Shown piece after piece: positions 53,282 to 63,545 of a stretch of DNA of 64,000 nucleotides. Every line of letters starts with the position of its first letter. The stretch's first letter is position 1. Source of the DNA: Vicinamibacteria bacterium (GTDB taxonomy: Bacteria; Acidobacteriota; Vicinamibacteria; Marinacidobacterales; Marinacidobacteraceae); contig CAXXLQ010000004.1 of NCBI GenBank assembly GCA_963668695.2, forward strand, positions 1,792,001 to 1,856,000. Reading direction: 5' to 3'. A model generated the notes under the pieces. That model was not told the DNA's origin, did no database searches, and was given only the letters and a program-made list of their open reading frames with translations. A program made the position numbers and the translations under genes.

Positions 53282-55402
53282 ATGCTCCACCGCCCGCCGT
53301 CCCCGCTCGCGCCGCTCGCCGTCCCGCTGGCGCTTGCCGCCCTCCTGCTCGCTCCGGCTCCCGCTCCGGCCCAGGGCCCGTTCACCCTCGAACAGGTGAT
53401 GTCCGCGCCGTTCCCGACCGCGCTCACCGCGGCTCCCGACGGGTCCCGGGTCGCCTGGGTGTTTGACGAGCAGGGCGCCCGGAACGTCTGGGCGGCTGCC
53501 GCTCCGGATTTCGGGGGACTCCGCTTCACCTCCTTCGAGGGCGACGACGGGACCACCATCCACAGCCTCGCGTTCAGCCGCGACGGACTTCACATCGCCT
53601 TCATCCGCGGCGACGGCCCCAACCGGGCGGGCGAACTCCCGAACCCGACGAGCGATCCGGCGGGAGTGGAGCAGGCGCTCTGGGTCATCGAGGGGGGTGG
53701 GGAACCCCGCCGCATCACCGATCCGGCAGCCTCCCCCCTATTCACTGCGGACGGGCACTCGATTCTGTTCCTCCGACAGGGCCGGGTCTGGAAAGTCGGG
53801 CTCGAAGCGGACGCGGAGCCCGAACAGCTCGTCCACGGGCGGGGCTCCTTCGGAAATCTGCGCCTCTCCCCGGACGGCGGCCGCCTCGCTTTCGCGTCCT
53901 CCCGCGGGGCGCACTCCTTCGTTGGGGTCTACGACTTCGGCGCGAAAACCGTCCGCTACCTCGATCCGGCGGTGGACCGCGACCACTCGCCGGCCTTCTC
54001 GCCCGACGGGAGTTCGCTCGCGTTCGTCCGCGAGCCGCCGGTGCTGGCGCCCTATCTCTTCATCCCCCAGCGCGAGGGCCCGTCCTGGAGCATCCAGGTG
54101 GTGGACTTCGACGGTGACGGAATGCCGGGCCACGTCCGCGAGGTGTTCCGGGCGTCCGAGGGCAAGGGCAGCGTCTTTTCCGGCACCGCCTCCGCAAACC
54201 AGCTCCACTGGACCGGCGACGGCCGCATCCTCTTTCCCTGGGAGCGCGAGGGCTACCGGCACTTCTACGCCGTCTCCGCAGCCGGAGGCGACCCGGAAGC
54301 GCTGACCTCCGGCGTCTTCGAGATCGAGTACGCGGTCGCTGACGGGGAAGGGGGCCTCATCGCCGCCACCAACCAGGACGACATCGACCGCCGTCACCTC
54401 TGGCGCCTCACCGCGGGCTCATCCGCCGAGGCCCTGACCTCGGGCGGCGGTGTCGAAACCCTGCCGGTGGCCGTGCAGGGCGGCGTCGCCTACCTCGGCG
54501 GCGACGGGAAGCGTCCGCTGCAGCCGATGATCCAGCTCAACGGTCGGGACGCGCGGCAGGACGCGCGGGCGCTCGCCCCGGACGCCTTCCCGGCGGACTT
54601 CCCGCTGGAGCACCTGGTGGATCCGGAACCGGTGGTCTTCGCGGCCGCCGACGGCATGAAGATCCACGGCCAAATCTTCCGTCCGGCGGCCGGCTCCGGC
54701 TCACCCGGTCCCGGCGTGCTCTTCCTGCACGGCGGCTCCCGCCGGCAGATGCTGCTCGGCTGGCACTACATGGGCTACTACTCGAACTGCTACGCCTTCC
54801 ACCAGTACCTCGCGAGCCGCGGCTTCACCGTGATCGCGGTGAACTACCGGAGCGGCACCGGCTACGGCATGGAGTTCCGGGAGGCGCTCAACTACGGCGC
54901 GAGCGGCGGGGCCGAGCACCAGGACGTGCTCGGGGCGGGCCGCCACCTCGCCGACATGTCCGGCGTGGACGGCGACCGCATCGGGCTCTGGGGCGGCTCT
55001 TACGGCGGCTACCTCACCGCGATGGGCCTTTCGCGGGCGTCAGACCTCTTCGCCGCGGGGGTGGACATCCACGGGGTCCACGACTGGAACCGCACCATCC
55101 AGGGGTTCATCCCGAGCTACGAGCCGGACCACTACGAGGAGCAGCAGCGGCTCGCCTTCGAGTCCTCACCCCTCTCGACGGTGGACGGCTGGCGCTCTCC
55201 GGTGCTGCTCGTCCACGGGGACGACGACCGGAACGTCCCCTTCAACGAGACCATCGAACTCGTGGAGAAGCTGCGGGAACTCGGCGTCGAGCACGAACTC
55301 CTCATCTTCCCGGACGAGATCCACGGATTCCTCCGTCACGAGAACTGGCTCGAGGTGTTCCGCCGCAGCGCCGACTTCTTCATGCGGCACCTCGGGAAGT
55401 GA
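53282..55402 (+). CDS. S9-family serine peptidase, secreted
   Basis: Propeller repeats; WGGSYGG; HGDDD; EIH. Confidence 0.93.
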   Translation: MLHRPPSPLAPLAVPLALAALLLAPAPAPAQGPFTLEQVMSAPFPTALTAAPDGSRVAWVFDEQGARNVWAAAAPDFGGLRFTSFEGDDGTTIHSLAFSRDGLHIAFIRGDGPNRAGELPNPTSDPAGVEQALWVIEGGGEPRRITDPAASPLFTADGHSILFLRQGRVWKVGLEADAEPEQLVHGRGSFGNLRLSPDGGRLAFASSRGAHSFVGVYDFGAKTVRYLDPAVDRDHSPAFSPDGSSLAFVREPPVLAPYLFIPQREGPSWSIQVVDFDGDGMPGHVREVFRASEGKGSVFSGTASANQLHWTGDGRILFPWEREGYRHFYAVSAAGGDPEALTSGVFEIEYAVADGEGGLIAATNQDDIDRRHLWRLTAGSSAEALTSGGGVETLPVAVQGGVAYLGGDGKRPLQPMIQLNGRDARQDARALAPDAFPADFPLEHLVDPEPVVFAAADGMKIHGQIFRPAAGSGSPGPGVLFLHGGSRRQMLLGWHYMGYYSNCYAFHQYLASRGFTVIAVNYRSGTGYGMEFREALNYGASGGAEHQDVLGAGRHLADMSGVDGDRIGLWGGSYGGYLTAMGLSRASDLFAAGVDIHGVHDWNRTIQGFIPSYEPDHYEEQQRLAFESSPLSTVDGWRSPVLLVHGDDDRNVPFNETIELVEKLRELGVEHELLIFPDEIHGFLRHENWLEVFRRSADFFMRHLGK

Positions 55403-55550
55403 GGTTCAACGTCCGGAAGCAAGGAGTACGCCGCACCTCAAGAGCCGTGTCCGCAGGGCGGAGGACCCGTCGCCTTGGGGCCCCGTCACGGAGGGGAGCC
55501 TGACACCGCACCCACCGCGAGATGGGCGGCCCAGGCCGGCGCTCTGCCCG

Positions 55551-56624
55551 TTATCTGACGGGCGATACATCGAAGTTCTGCTTGTCCAGGTATTCGAGAC
55601 GATGGGGAATTCTGGATCGGATGGTGGTCGCCAGCCGGTCGGAAATCCGATGCTCTCGGTACCGGAGGGCTATCCAGACAGGGAACGTTTCAGCCATGTC
55701 CTCCCTGGTGGGGTGGTCGCGGGCATACTCGGAAATGAAGTCCATGTCGTTTCGTTGTGCATCGAGCCAACCGGGAGAGGCGCTGTGGGTGGAATCGAGG
55801 CTCGTGTGCCCAGCTTCGTGAATTAAGGCCTCCTCCAGGATGCCATCGGACTCATATTCCCCCTCCGCCATGCCCGTGTGAATGAGGACGTTGTTGTTGC
55901 CTCCACCAAAGAGTTCGACTCCCCTGTGGATCCAGACCGTCTGGAACTCCGGTCCCCTAAGGGCTTTGGGAAGCTGGCCGATCAGATGGCCGTACTTGTC
56001 GGCTTCCCGTTGCGCCTGACTGGACGTCTCGAACTCCGGGTTTACCTGAATCTCTATCCTGAATCCGTCCGAGTACGTCGCCTCGAAAAGGAAGGCGTTG
56101 CGGGTCACCCAGTCTGCCGGCCTCCTGTCGTACATGGTGCGCTCTCCGCGTCCCGTGTAGGTCGCTTTGAGGAAAGTACTCGGGTCCTCGGGCGTGAGGA
56201 TGTCGGGGTCCACGAACAGGGTGCCGCCGATATCGAGGATGGGCAGGATGGTGACCCGCAGCGTCGCCCGTTGCCCGTCAGACGTAAACGTGATCGCAAC
56301 GGACCCCGCGCGGACCGCCTTGAGGAGGACTGCCCCCTCCGGCGTTGTTTCGATAAGGCCTATCTCCGGGTCGCTGGATTGCCAAACGCCTTCGATTTTC
56401 TGTTCCCGGCCATCCGACAATGTTGCCGTTAACGCAGCGGTCTGTCCCACCGTGAATTGCTCGGTGTCGATCCGGATGACGATCGCCGGGGTCGGGGGTG
56501 GCGGGGGCGCCGGGGCGGGGGCAGTAGACGGGGACGACGCTGTTCCGGAGTCGTTGCACCCGACGGTTCCGACGAGCGCGGGCAGCCCCGCCAACAACGC
56601 AATGAGGATTCGTCTCTGGATCAT
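55551..56624 (-). CDS. Lipoprotein with Ig-like domain and HExxH zinc-peptidase-like domain
   Basis: Lipobox TVGC, Pro linker, WQSSDP, IHEAGH, EDMAE. Confidence 0.75.
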   Translation of the reverse strand: MIQRRILIALLAGLPALVGTVGCNDSGTASSPSTAPAPAPPPPPTPAIVIRIDTEQFTVGQTAALTATLSDGREQKIEGVWQSSDPEIGLIETTPEGAVLLKAVRAGSVAITFTSDGQRATLRVTILPILDIGGTLFVDPDILTPEDPSTFLKATYTGRGERTMYDRRPADWVTRNAFLFEATYSDGFRIEIQVNPEFETSSQAQREADKYGHLIGQLPKALRGPEFQTVWIHRGVELFGGGNNNVLIHTGMAEGEYESDGILEEALIHEAGHTSLDSTHSASPGWLDAQRNDMDFISEYARDHPTREDMAETFPVWIALRYREHRISDRLATTIRSRIPHRLEYLDKQNFDVSPVR

Positions 56625-56978
56625 TCGCTTTCTTCCCTTCGTTGGTTGGGAGCGCATACCCGACCCGCTGCCGAACGCAGTGTCATTCGGCGTTACAGGT
56701 GACCATCATACGGACATCGCCCCCCAATTCACGGACGGCGCCACGCGGCCCGGGCACCGGACCTCTGCGCTACGCCTAACCGCGCGATGGTTCACGTCTC
56801 GCCACTGTCCCAACGAGATGGCCCGTCCCGGTGTCAATGGGCTTCGAAAAATGAGCTGCCCGTTCTTCCAACGGCGGGTAAGACATTTTGGCCGCCTAGA
56901 AGTGCGACTTTTTCAAAGCTCGCCAACACTCGCGCGCGATGCCGGCCGGCGCTCCGCTGTCGCGCGACACCCGGGTGG

Positions 56979-57875
56979 TCAGCCGATCGGCTCTCCGTTC
57001 TCGAACGCGCGCTCGAGGTGCAGTTGCTGAAGCCGGAGGGTGAGCGGGCCGCGTGACCCGCTGCCGATCCGCCGCCCGTCCACCTCGAGCACCGGCGCCA
57101 GTCCTCCCATGGTGCCGGTCGTGAACATCTCGTCGGCGGTGTAGACGTCCGTCAGCGAGAGGTTCTTCTCCACCACCCGAAGGCCGTCCTCCCGGGCTGC
57201 CTCCATCACCGTCTCCCTGGTGACTCCGGGCAGGCAGTTGTCGGTGTGCGGCGTAAGCAGCGCCCCGTTTCGAATCACGAAGACATTCGTGGCGTTCGTT
57301 TCGGAGACGAAGCCGCCGAGGTCCAGCATGAGAGCGTCGTCCACGCCGGCGAGATTGGCCTGGATCTTGGCAAGGATGTTGTTGATCAGGTTGGCGTGGT
57401 GGATCTTCGAGTCGAGGGACTGCGGGCTGTTCCGACGAATCGAGGATGTGATCAGGCGGATGCCTTCGGGGTCGTAGACCAGCGGCTTCCACTCGGCCAA
57501 GACGATGAGCGTGCAGCCGGACCGGTTCCATTCGGGGCTCATTCCCGAGGTCACCTTCTCCCCGCGCGAAAGGGTGAGACGCACGTGAACGCTGTCCGTC
57601 ATGCGGTTGGCTCGAAGGGTCTCGAAAAGGGCGGCCCTCACCGTTTCCCGGGCCGGCACACCCGAAAAAGCCATCGCGTGCGCAGACCCGAACAGCCGGT
57701 CCAGGTGCCGGTCGAGGTCTGCGATTCGCCCTCGATAGACGCGCAAGCCCTCCCAGACCGCGTCGCCGCCCTGTACCGAACTGTCGAATACGGACACCTT
57801 CGCCTCCGACCGGGGTTTCAACTCGCCGTTGATCGAGATCAGGATGCCGGCATTTCGCGGATCGGGGAGTTCCAT
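56979..57875 (-). CDS. Aminotransferase class IV (IlvE-like)
   Basis: GDAVWEGLR, ETNATN, LPGVTR, ADEMFTTGT. Confidence 0.92.
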   Translation of the reverse strand: MELPDPRNAGILISINGELKPRSEAKVSVFDSSVQGGDAVWEGLRVYRGRIADLDRHLDRLFGSAHAMAFSGVPARETVRAALFETLRANRMTDSVHVRLTLSRGEKVTSGMSPEWNRSGCTLIVLAEWKPLVYDPEGIRLITSSIRRNSPQSLDSKIHHANLINNILAKIQANLAGVDDALMLDLGGFVSETNATNVFVIRNGALLTPHTDNCLPGVTRETVMEAAREDGLRVVEKNLSLTDVYTADEMFTTGTMGGLAPVLEVDGRRIGSGSRGPLTLRLQQLHLERAFENGEPIG

Positions 57876-57937
57876 GTTCGTCTCCAACAGGAAAAGGGGC
57901 GCGCTGCCCGGAAGACTGAAGGCAGGGCCGGACCGGA

Positions 57938-58018
57938 TCAGCGCGCGGCGCCGATCAGCAGCAATTCCGTCTGCCGCGGCACGAAGTACTCCGCGCCGCT
58001 GTCCGTGAGCCGCGCGTT
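57938..58018 (-). repeat. Displaced duplicate of the M24 peptidase 3' end
   Basis: NARLTDSGAEYFVPRQTELLLIGAAR* vs NARLTDRGVEYFVPRQTELLLIGGAQ* at 58725-58805. Confidence 0.88.
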
Positions 58019-58035
58019 GACCACCCCGCGGAGCC

Positions 58036-58326
58036 TCACGCGGCCTCCAGCGGCGTGATGTCTGAGAGGTCGGCGGTCTTGCGGGCGCGTGCGAGGTCAT
58101 ATGCCCGCTGCAGATTCATCCAGAACTCCGCGGTGTTGCCGAAGAACTTCGAGAGCCTCATCGCGGTATCAACCGTCAACGCCGTTTCCCCCTTCACGAG
58201 TCGCTCGATCCGTGTCCTGGGCACTTTCAGCCGTCGCGCGAGTGCGATCGCACTCATGCCGAGCGGCTCGAGGTACAGCTCCACGAGCACTTCGCCCGGG
58301 TGACAGGGGTTCTCGATCAGCGTCAT
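58036..58326 (-). CDS. higA: HigA antitoxin
   Basis: HPGEVL, TAMRLSKFFG, FWMNLQ. Confidence 0.93.
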   Translation of the reverse strand: MTLIENPCHPGEVLVELYLEPLGMSAIALARRLKVPRTRIERLVKGETALTVDTAMRLSKFFGNTAEFWMNLQRAYDLARARKTADLSDITPLEAA

Positions 58327-58339
58327 CTTCCGACTCCTC

Positions 58340-58621
58340 TTAGTGGTAGTCCACGGTTTCGACATCTGCCGGTCCCCGATCGGTCCACACAAAGCAGATG
58401 CGGCATTGGTCATGGACGCGGATCGAATACTGGCCGACTCGACCGCCTCCAAGTGCTTCCAGTCGGTTGCCCGGCGGAAACCTGAGATCGTCAAGGACCG
58501 TGGCGGCGTCCATCGCCGTGAGGAGGGCGCGTGTCCGTCGGACCAGGTCGCTTGGGAACCCTTTGCCATAGTGATCCCGAACCGCACCTGCCGCAAACCG
58601 GCCCCTCGTACTCACGACCAT
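58340..58621 (-). CDS. higB: HigB (RelE/ParE) toxin
   Basis: DLRFPPGNRLEAL, YSIRV, RICF, VDYH. Confidence 0.9.
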   Translation of the reverse strand: MVVSTRGRFAAGAVRDHYGKGFPSDLVRRTRALLTAMDAATVLDDLRFPPGNRLEALGGGRVGQYSIRVHDQCRICFVWTDRGPADVETVDYH

Positions 58622-58630
58622 GACCAATAT

Positions 58631-58647
58631 GTATCATAACGTGATAC
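58631..58647. promoter_or_regulatory. Putative higBA operator
   Basis: GTATCA-TAACG-TGATAC. Confidence 0.6.
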
Positions 58648-58724
58648 GCACGCCGGAGAAGCTGTCCGGAGAAGCTGCCCCGCGGTGCGAAACCGCGAGT
58701 CGCTCCCAGGGCAGATGGCGTTCC

Positions 58725-60149
58725 CTACTGCGCCCCCCCGATCAGCAGCAATTCCGTCTGCCGCGGGACGAAGTACTCCACCCCGCGGTCCGTGAGCCGG
58801 GCGTTCTCTTCGATCCGTACCGGCAGCACCAGGCCGTCCCACTCGGGGACCTTCGTGCTGACATGCAGCTCCACCGAGTACCAAGCCTCCGCGGCGAGCG
58901 GATACCGCACCCGGTCCCCGTACGCGAAGGGCCAGTCGACCGCGACCCGGGCCCCGATGTCGTGGGTGGAGTTCCCGACGGAATGCGAGTAGACGCCCAC
59001 TTCGGGCTGGGTGGGGTCGGTTTCGACCACCCCGCCGGTCTTCGGCTGGCCGGCGTGGTAGCCGAGCGACCCGACGTCCTCCATGGTGGTGTCCCACACC
59101 TCGTGAGCGATCGCTCCCGGCTTCATGTTGTCCGTCAGGATGTCCGTCACCTCCATGGCCTTGGCGAAGGCGTTCCGGATGCTCTCGGGGGGCTCGGTCT
59201 CTCCGGGCCTGAGCACGTAGGCGGTGCGCTTGATGTCGGTCCGGTAGTCGAGATAGCCGAGACCCGCGTCCACCGACAGGACGTCACCCGGCTGCACCGG
59301 ATGGTCCGGGCTGTTCGTCGGCAGGTTCTCTCCGTTCCGGCTGATCCGGACTCCCGGCAGGAACTCGACGAAGAGGCCCAGTTCCATCGCCCGCTGCCGC
59401 ATCCACCAGTGGATGTCGTCCGCCGTGGTCTCGCCCACCTTCACCACCGCGTCGGAAAAAGCCTCTTCCTCCCAGGCGACCGTCCAGGCGGCGAGGCCGC
59501 GAAAGACCTCGAGCTCGTCGGCGATGTGGATCTGCCGGAAGTCGCGGACCAGGAGTTCCGCCGAAACCATCCGCGACGTGTATTCGGGCCCCAGGTTCTC
59601 CTCGAGAAACGTCCTGAGGGTCCACGTCAGCCCGTCCGCCATCGGTAGCGTCGGCGAGACATTGATTCCGATCCGCTTCGGGTCCCGTTCCTCGATGACC
59701 TGCCTCAAGTGCGGGATGACGCCTTCTTCGGTGTAGCCGTAGTAGATGAGTTCATCGTAGGCATCCCGGATGGTGGTGTCGCGCAGCTCGTGCGACCCGA
59801 TGAAGATCTTCTCGGGTGTATCTCCGCCGCGGTCGAAGAAGAGATAGGCGTTTCGGACACCGCCCCAGCCCCCTCCGATCTCCGAGAGGATCGGATCGAC
59901 GTGGTGTTCGCGGCTGAACACGAGCCAGAGATCGATGTCGTGCGCCCGCATCGCCGGGAGCAGGACGCTGTCGAGACGCTTCGCGACCAGATCCTTCCGG
60001 ATCTCGAAGCGCGCCTGGGCGCCCGGGATCCGGAGCGACTCGGTGGGACGAGCAGCGTCGCTGGCCGCGCCGCCGTCCCCGGAGCCGCCGCAGGCGCCGG
60101 CGGCCAGCACCGCCAGCACCGTCGAGAAAAGCAGTGCGTTTTGGATCAT
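58725..60149 (-). CDS. M24-family (Xaa-Pro) metallopeptidase lipoprotein
   Basis: Lipobox AGAC; GDVLSVDAG, TDIKR, YSHSVG, ELH, EEN. Confidence 0.88.
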   Translation of the reverse strand: MIQNALLFSTVLAVLAAGACGGSGDGGAASDAARPTESLRIPGAQARFEIRKDLVAKRLDSVLLPAMRAHDIDLWLVFSREHHVDPILSEIGGGWGGVRNAYLFFDRGGDTPEKIFIGSHELRDTTIRDAYDELIYYGYTEEGVIPHLRQVIEERDPKRIGINVSPTLPMADGLTWTLRTFLEENLGPEYTSRMVSAELLVRDFRQIHIADELEVFRGLAAWTVAWEEEAFSDAVVKVGETTADDIHWWMRQRAMELGLFVEFLPGVRISRNGENLPTNSPDHPVQPGDVLSVDAGLGYLDYRTDIKRTAYVLRPGETEPPESIRNAFAKAMEVTDILTDNMKPGAIAHEVWDTTMEDVGSLGYHAGQPKTGGVVETDPTQPEVGVYSHSVGNSTHDIGARVAVDWPFAYGDRVRYPLAAEAWYSVELHVSTKVPEWDGLVLPVRIEENARLTDRGVEYFVPRQTELLLIGGAQ

Positions 60150-60581
60150 CGCGTCACCTCACGATTCGGTTCGTGCGCCGTCCCGCGATCCGGTCGACAG
60201 CGGCACCGGACCCGCCCTCGCCGGCAAGCGGTGCGAGAGTGTCTCTCTGGGCTCCCACGATCGAAAAACGAACCTCCAAGCATCAGGAAGAACATATGAC
60301 TCTTGATGTCATCATGACACCACGGTCGAATCGTCCTGTCCTCAACGACTTGACTTCCAGATTGACTCTTGCTAAGCCGCGTGCGAAGCTGTTTAATAGC
60401 GGGTCCGCGTCTGGGGTTGGTTTTGCACCCTGCAAATCCAGTCGCTGCGCTGGCCGTCTCACTTCAATTGGATTCTCCCTCGCAACCGTCCGTTGGCCGC
60501 TCAGCCAACGGCCGGCGAGTCTCCGGCCGCGCGAATTCCAATCCAATCAGTCTTTTTTCCCGGGAGGGGGTAGTTCCTGCC

Positions 60582-63437
60582 ATGCGTTCAAGTCGACCAC
60601 GACTTCGTACTCCGGCACTCGTCACACTTCTGTGTGCGGGAGCCATCGTTTTGGTCTCCGGTCCCGTCGCGGCTCAGGTCGTGGGCGGGAACATCTCCGG
60701 CACCGTCATGGATGGCTCGGGCGGCACCCTGCCCGGCGTGACTGTGACGGTCCTGAACACCGGGACCGGTTTCGCGCAGGTGCTCACCACCGGAACCGCA
60801 GGCGGTTTCCGGGCGGTCGCTCTCCAGCCGGGGGTCTACGTGGTCACGGTGGAACTCTCCGGCTTCGCGACCCAGCGGCGTGAGATCGAACTTCTCATCG
60901 GCTATGAACTCCAGGCGGATTTCACGCTTGATCTAGCCGGAGTCGAAGAAGTTGTCACCATTACGGCCGAAGCTCCGCTGGTGGAACTGACCAAGGCGCA
61001 GCCGTCTTCGGTAGTGACCAACGAGCAGGTGGAGAATCTTCCGGTGCTGAACCGGAACTTCCTCGCTCTCGCGACCATCATGCCGGGCGCCACGCCGCAC
61101 TACCAGAAGTTTGCGGCGGTGAAGTTCGGCGGGGCGGCCGATCAGAGAAACGCCTACACGACGCTGATTGACGGCGGCGACATTGACGACGCCATCTGGG
61201 GAAATCCATCCATCAACATCGCCCAGGACGCGGTGCAGGAGTTCAAGGTCTATCGGAACCAGTTCGACGCGCAGTACGGCGCGGCGCTTACCGCGGTCGT
61301 GACCACGGCGACGAAGTCGGGGACCAACGATCTCAGTGGCACCGGCTATGTCTTCGCCCGCGACGAACGCTTTAGTTCCAAGAATGAGTTCGCCAACGAG
61401 AAGCCGCCCTTCGACGAGCAACGGATCGGCGCGACCGTGGGTGGCCCGCTGGTGCGCGACCGGACGCACTTCTTCGGCAGCGTCGAATACCACACTGTGG
61501 GCAACAGCCGGATCATTTCCCTCGCGCCCAGCAATCCCTTCGCGGCGCGCGAGAACGGAGTGTTCTCCGCCGGCACGACGAAACAGCTGGCTCTCGCGAA
61601 GCTGGATCACCGCTTCAATCAGGACAACGCGCTCTTCGTTCGATACGCCCTCGACAACTACAACGGCGAGCGGACGAACACCCCCAGTTCGGCTACGCAG
61701 TTCGTGGACGATCACACCAGAGCGCACAGCCTGGTCGTGGAAGACAACTGGATTCTCTCTCCCGACACCGTCAACACACTGCGGTTTCACTACCTGAACC
61801 ACAATGTCGAGACCACGCCGCACAGCTTCGATCCGGGCATCAATCGTCCGTCGGTCACGACGGGACAGAACTTCACCCTGCCGCAGTTCTTCCCGCGCGA
61901 GCGGTTCTCGGTGTATCAAACGCTGTACGTGAACAAGGAGAACCACAACCTCAAGGTCGGCGGCGACTTTACGGTCGCGACGCACGAGTTCGAGGCCCAC
62001 TTCAACGAGAGCGGGCAATGGCACTTCGATACCGACGACCCGTTCAACGCGGCCGATCCGGCCACGCACCCCTTCGCTTTCGTCAAGCAGACGCCCGGCT
62101 TCTACGACTACAAGTCGAACCAGATTGGGCTCTACCTGCAAGACGACTGGCAGGCGGCCGACAACATACAGATGAACCTCGGCGTTCGCTACGACATCGA
62201 CACGAACATCCGCCTCAACGACGTGTACGCCGACATCAGCGCCAATCCGGCCTACGCCGGCATTGACAACTTCGTCCGTTCCGACCGCGGCACCGACATG
62301 AACAACCTGCAGCCGCGGATAGGGCTGACGTGGGACGTGGGCGGCCGCGGAAACCTGGTCGTGCGCGGTGGCGTCGGGTTCTACGTGACTCGCAACCGCC
62401 CCTGGTTCCAGCTCACCACCCAGGACCGGTTGGTCGGGACCGCCGTCCGGATCGGCGATCCGGCGCTGCTCGCGAACTATCCCGACCAAAACGGCGCACT
62501 CGGCGGGAAGAGTCTGGAGGAGTTCGTGTTGGGCGGCGCGCGGTCCGTGTTCCTCATCGAGGACGACTACCAGCTTCCCCAGTCGGTGACGGGGACGATT
62601 GGGTTCGGCTGGCAGATCAACCCGCAGACCTCTCTGGATGTCGATCTGGTTCACAGCTACGCCGACCAGCAACTCGGCGCGCTCGACTACAACCTGCCTG
62701 CTACCGGGCGCATCGGCGCCGACAACCCGAGGCCGGTCAGCGGGTTCAGTGAGGTCAAGGTCATGACCAACTTCACGGAGACCTGGTACGACGCGTTGGA
62801 GGTCCAGCTCCGCCGCAGAGTCCGCGGCGGCGACAGTCTGCAGGCGTCCTACACCCTGTCACGGAGCTACCGGAACGGGGTGGGCCACTACCAGTGGTAT
62901 CCGGGGACGATGCGGGACTTCGTGAGCGGAGCGCGCGAGGAAGAGGGGTACAGCGACCTCGACAACCGTCACAACTTCACCGTCGCCGGTTCGACAGTCC
63001 TTCCCTGGGACATCCAATTGAGCGGCATCTTCCGGGTGTTGAGCGGCAACCCGGTGCGCGCCGAAGCGGGCTTCGACATCGACGGCGACAACCAACGCCA
63101 GCACGACAAACCGCCCGGCCTCGCGCATACGGTGGGGCGCACGGATGTCGACCAGGCCCTGGGGATCATCAACGACCTCCGGGCCAGCATCGGTCGGGAT
63201 CCCATTGATCGTTCGCTGCTCGATCTCGACACCTTCTTCAACGTGGACCTGCGGGTAACGAAGATCATCCCGTTCGGCGCGGCCCAGCAGTTGGAACTCT
63301 TCCTCGAGGGTTACAACCTGACGAACCATGTGAACTACTACGGGTCGAATCGCAACATCAACTCGGCATCGTTCCTGGTCCGGAGGCGCGCCCGCGACGC
63401 CCGGCAGTTCCAGGGCGGAATCCGCTACCGGTTCTGA
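60582..63437 (+). CDS. Oar-like TonB-dependent receptor
   Basis: N-terminal carboxypeptidase-regulatory-like domain; AVQEFKV; TKSGTN; C-terminal RYRF. Confidence 0.93.
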   Translation: MRSSRPRLRTPALVTLLCAGAIVLVSGPVAAQVVGGNISGTVMDGSGGTLPGVTVTVLNTGTGFAQVLTTGTAGGFRAVALQPGVYVVTVELSGFATQRREIELLIGYELQADFTLDLAGVEEVVTITAEAPLVELTKAQPSSVVTNEQVENLPVLNRNFLALATIMPGATPHYQKFAAVKFGGAADQRNAYTTLIDGGDIDDAIWGNPSINIAQDAVQEFKVYRNQFDAQYGAALTAVVTTATKSGTNDLSGTGYVFARDERFSSKNEFANEKPPFDEQRIGATVGGPLVRDRTHFFGSVEYHTVGNSRIISLAPSNPFAARENGVFSAGTTKQLALAKLDHRFNQDNALFVRYALDNYNGERTNTPSSATQFVDDHTRAHSLVVEDNWILSPDTVNTLRFHYLNHNVETTPHSFDPGINRPSVTTGQNFTLPQFFPRERFSVYQTLYVNKENHNLKVGGDFTVATHEFEAHFNESGQWHFDTDDPFNAADPATHPFAFVKQTPGFYDYKSNQIGLYLQDDWQAADNIQMNLGVRYDIDTNIRLNDVYADISANPAYAGIDNFVRSDRGTDMNNLQPRIGLTWDVGGRGNLVVRGGVGFYVTRNRPWFQLTTQDRLVGTAVRIGDPALLANYPDQNGALGGKSLEEFVLGGARSVFLIEDDYQLPQSVTGTIGFGWQINPQTSLDVDLVHSYADQQLGALDYNLPATGRIGADNPRPVSGFSEVKVMTNFTETWYDALEVQLRRRVRGGDSLQASYTLSRSYRNGVGHYQWYPGTMRDFVSGAREEEGYSDLDNRHNFTVAGSTVLPWDIQLSGIFRVLSGNPVRAEAGFDIDGDNQRQHDKPPGLAHTVGRTDVDQALGIINDLRASIGRDPIDRSLLDLDTFFNVDLRVTKIIPFGAAQQLELFLEGYNLTNHVNYYGSNRNINSASFLVRRRARDARQFQGGIRYRF

Positions 63438-63545
63438 CGCGCGACCCGATCGGCGACATCGTGGCCGCCGCCGCAGCGTTGGCGGCGGCCGCCGGTGATC
63501 CGGCTTCGGTCGCGCTCTGACCTACGGCGCCAATGGAGACATGAA

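Noticed and set aside
55403-55550. Possible ncRNA between convergent genes
   Set aside because: Only short GC hairpins; no recognisable motif and no second copy.
63463-63490. Intrinsic terminator after the TonB receptor
   Set aside because: 10-bp GC stem but no U-tract, and a same-strand gene follows.
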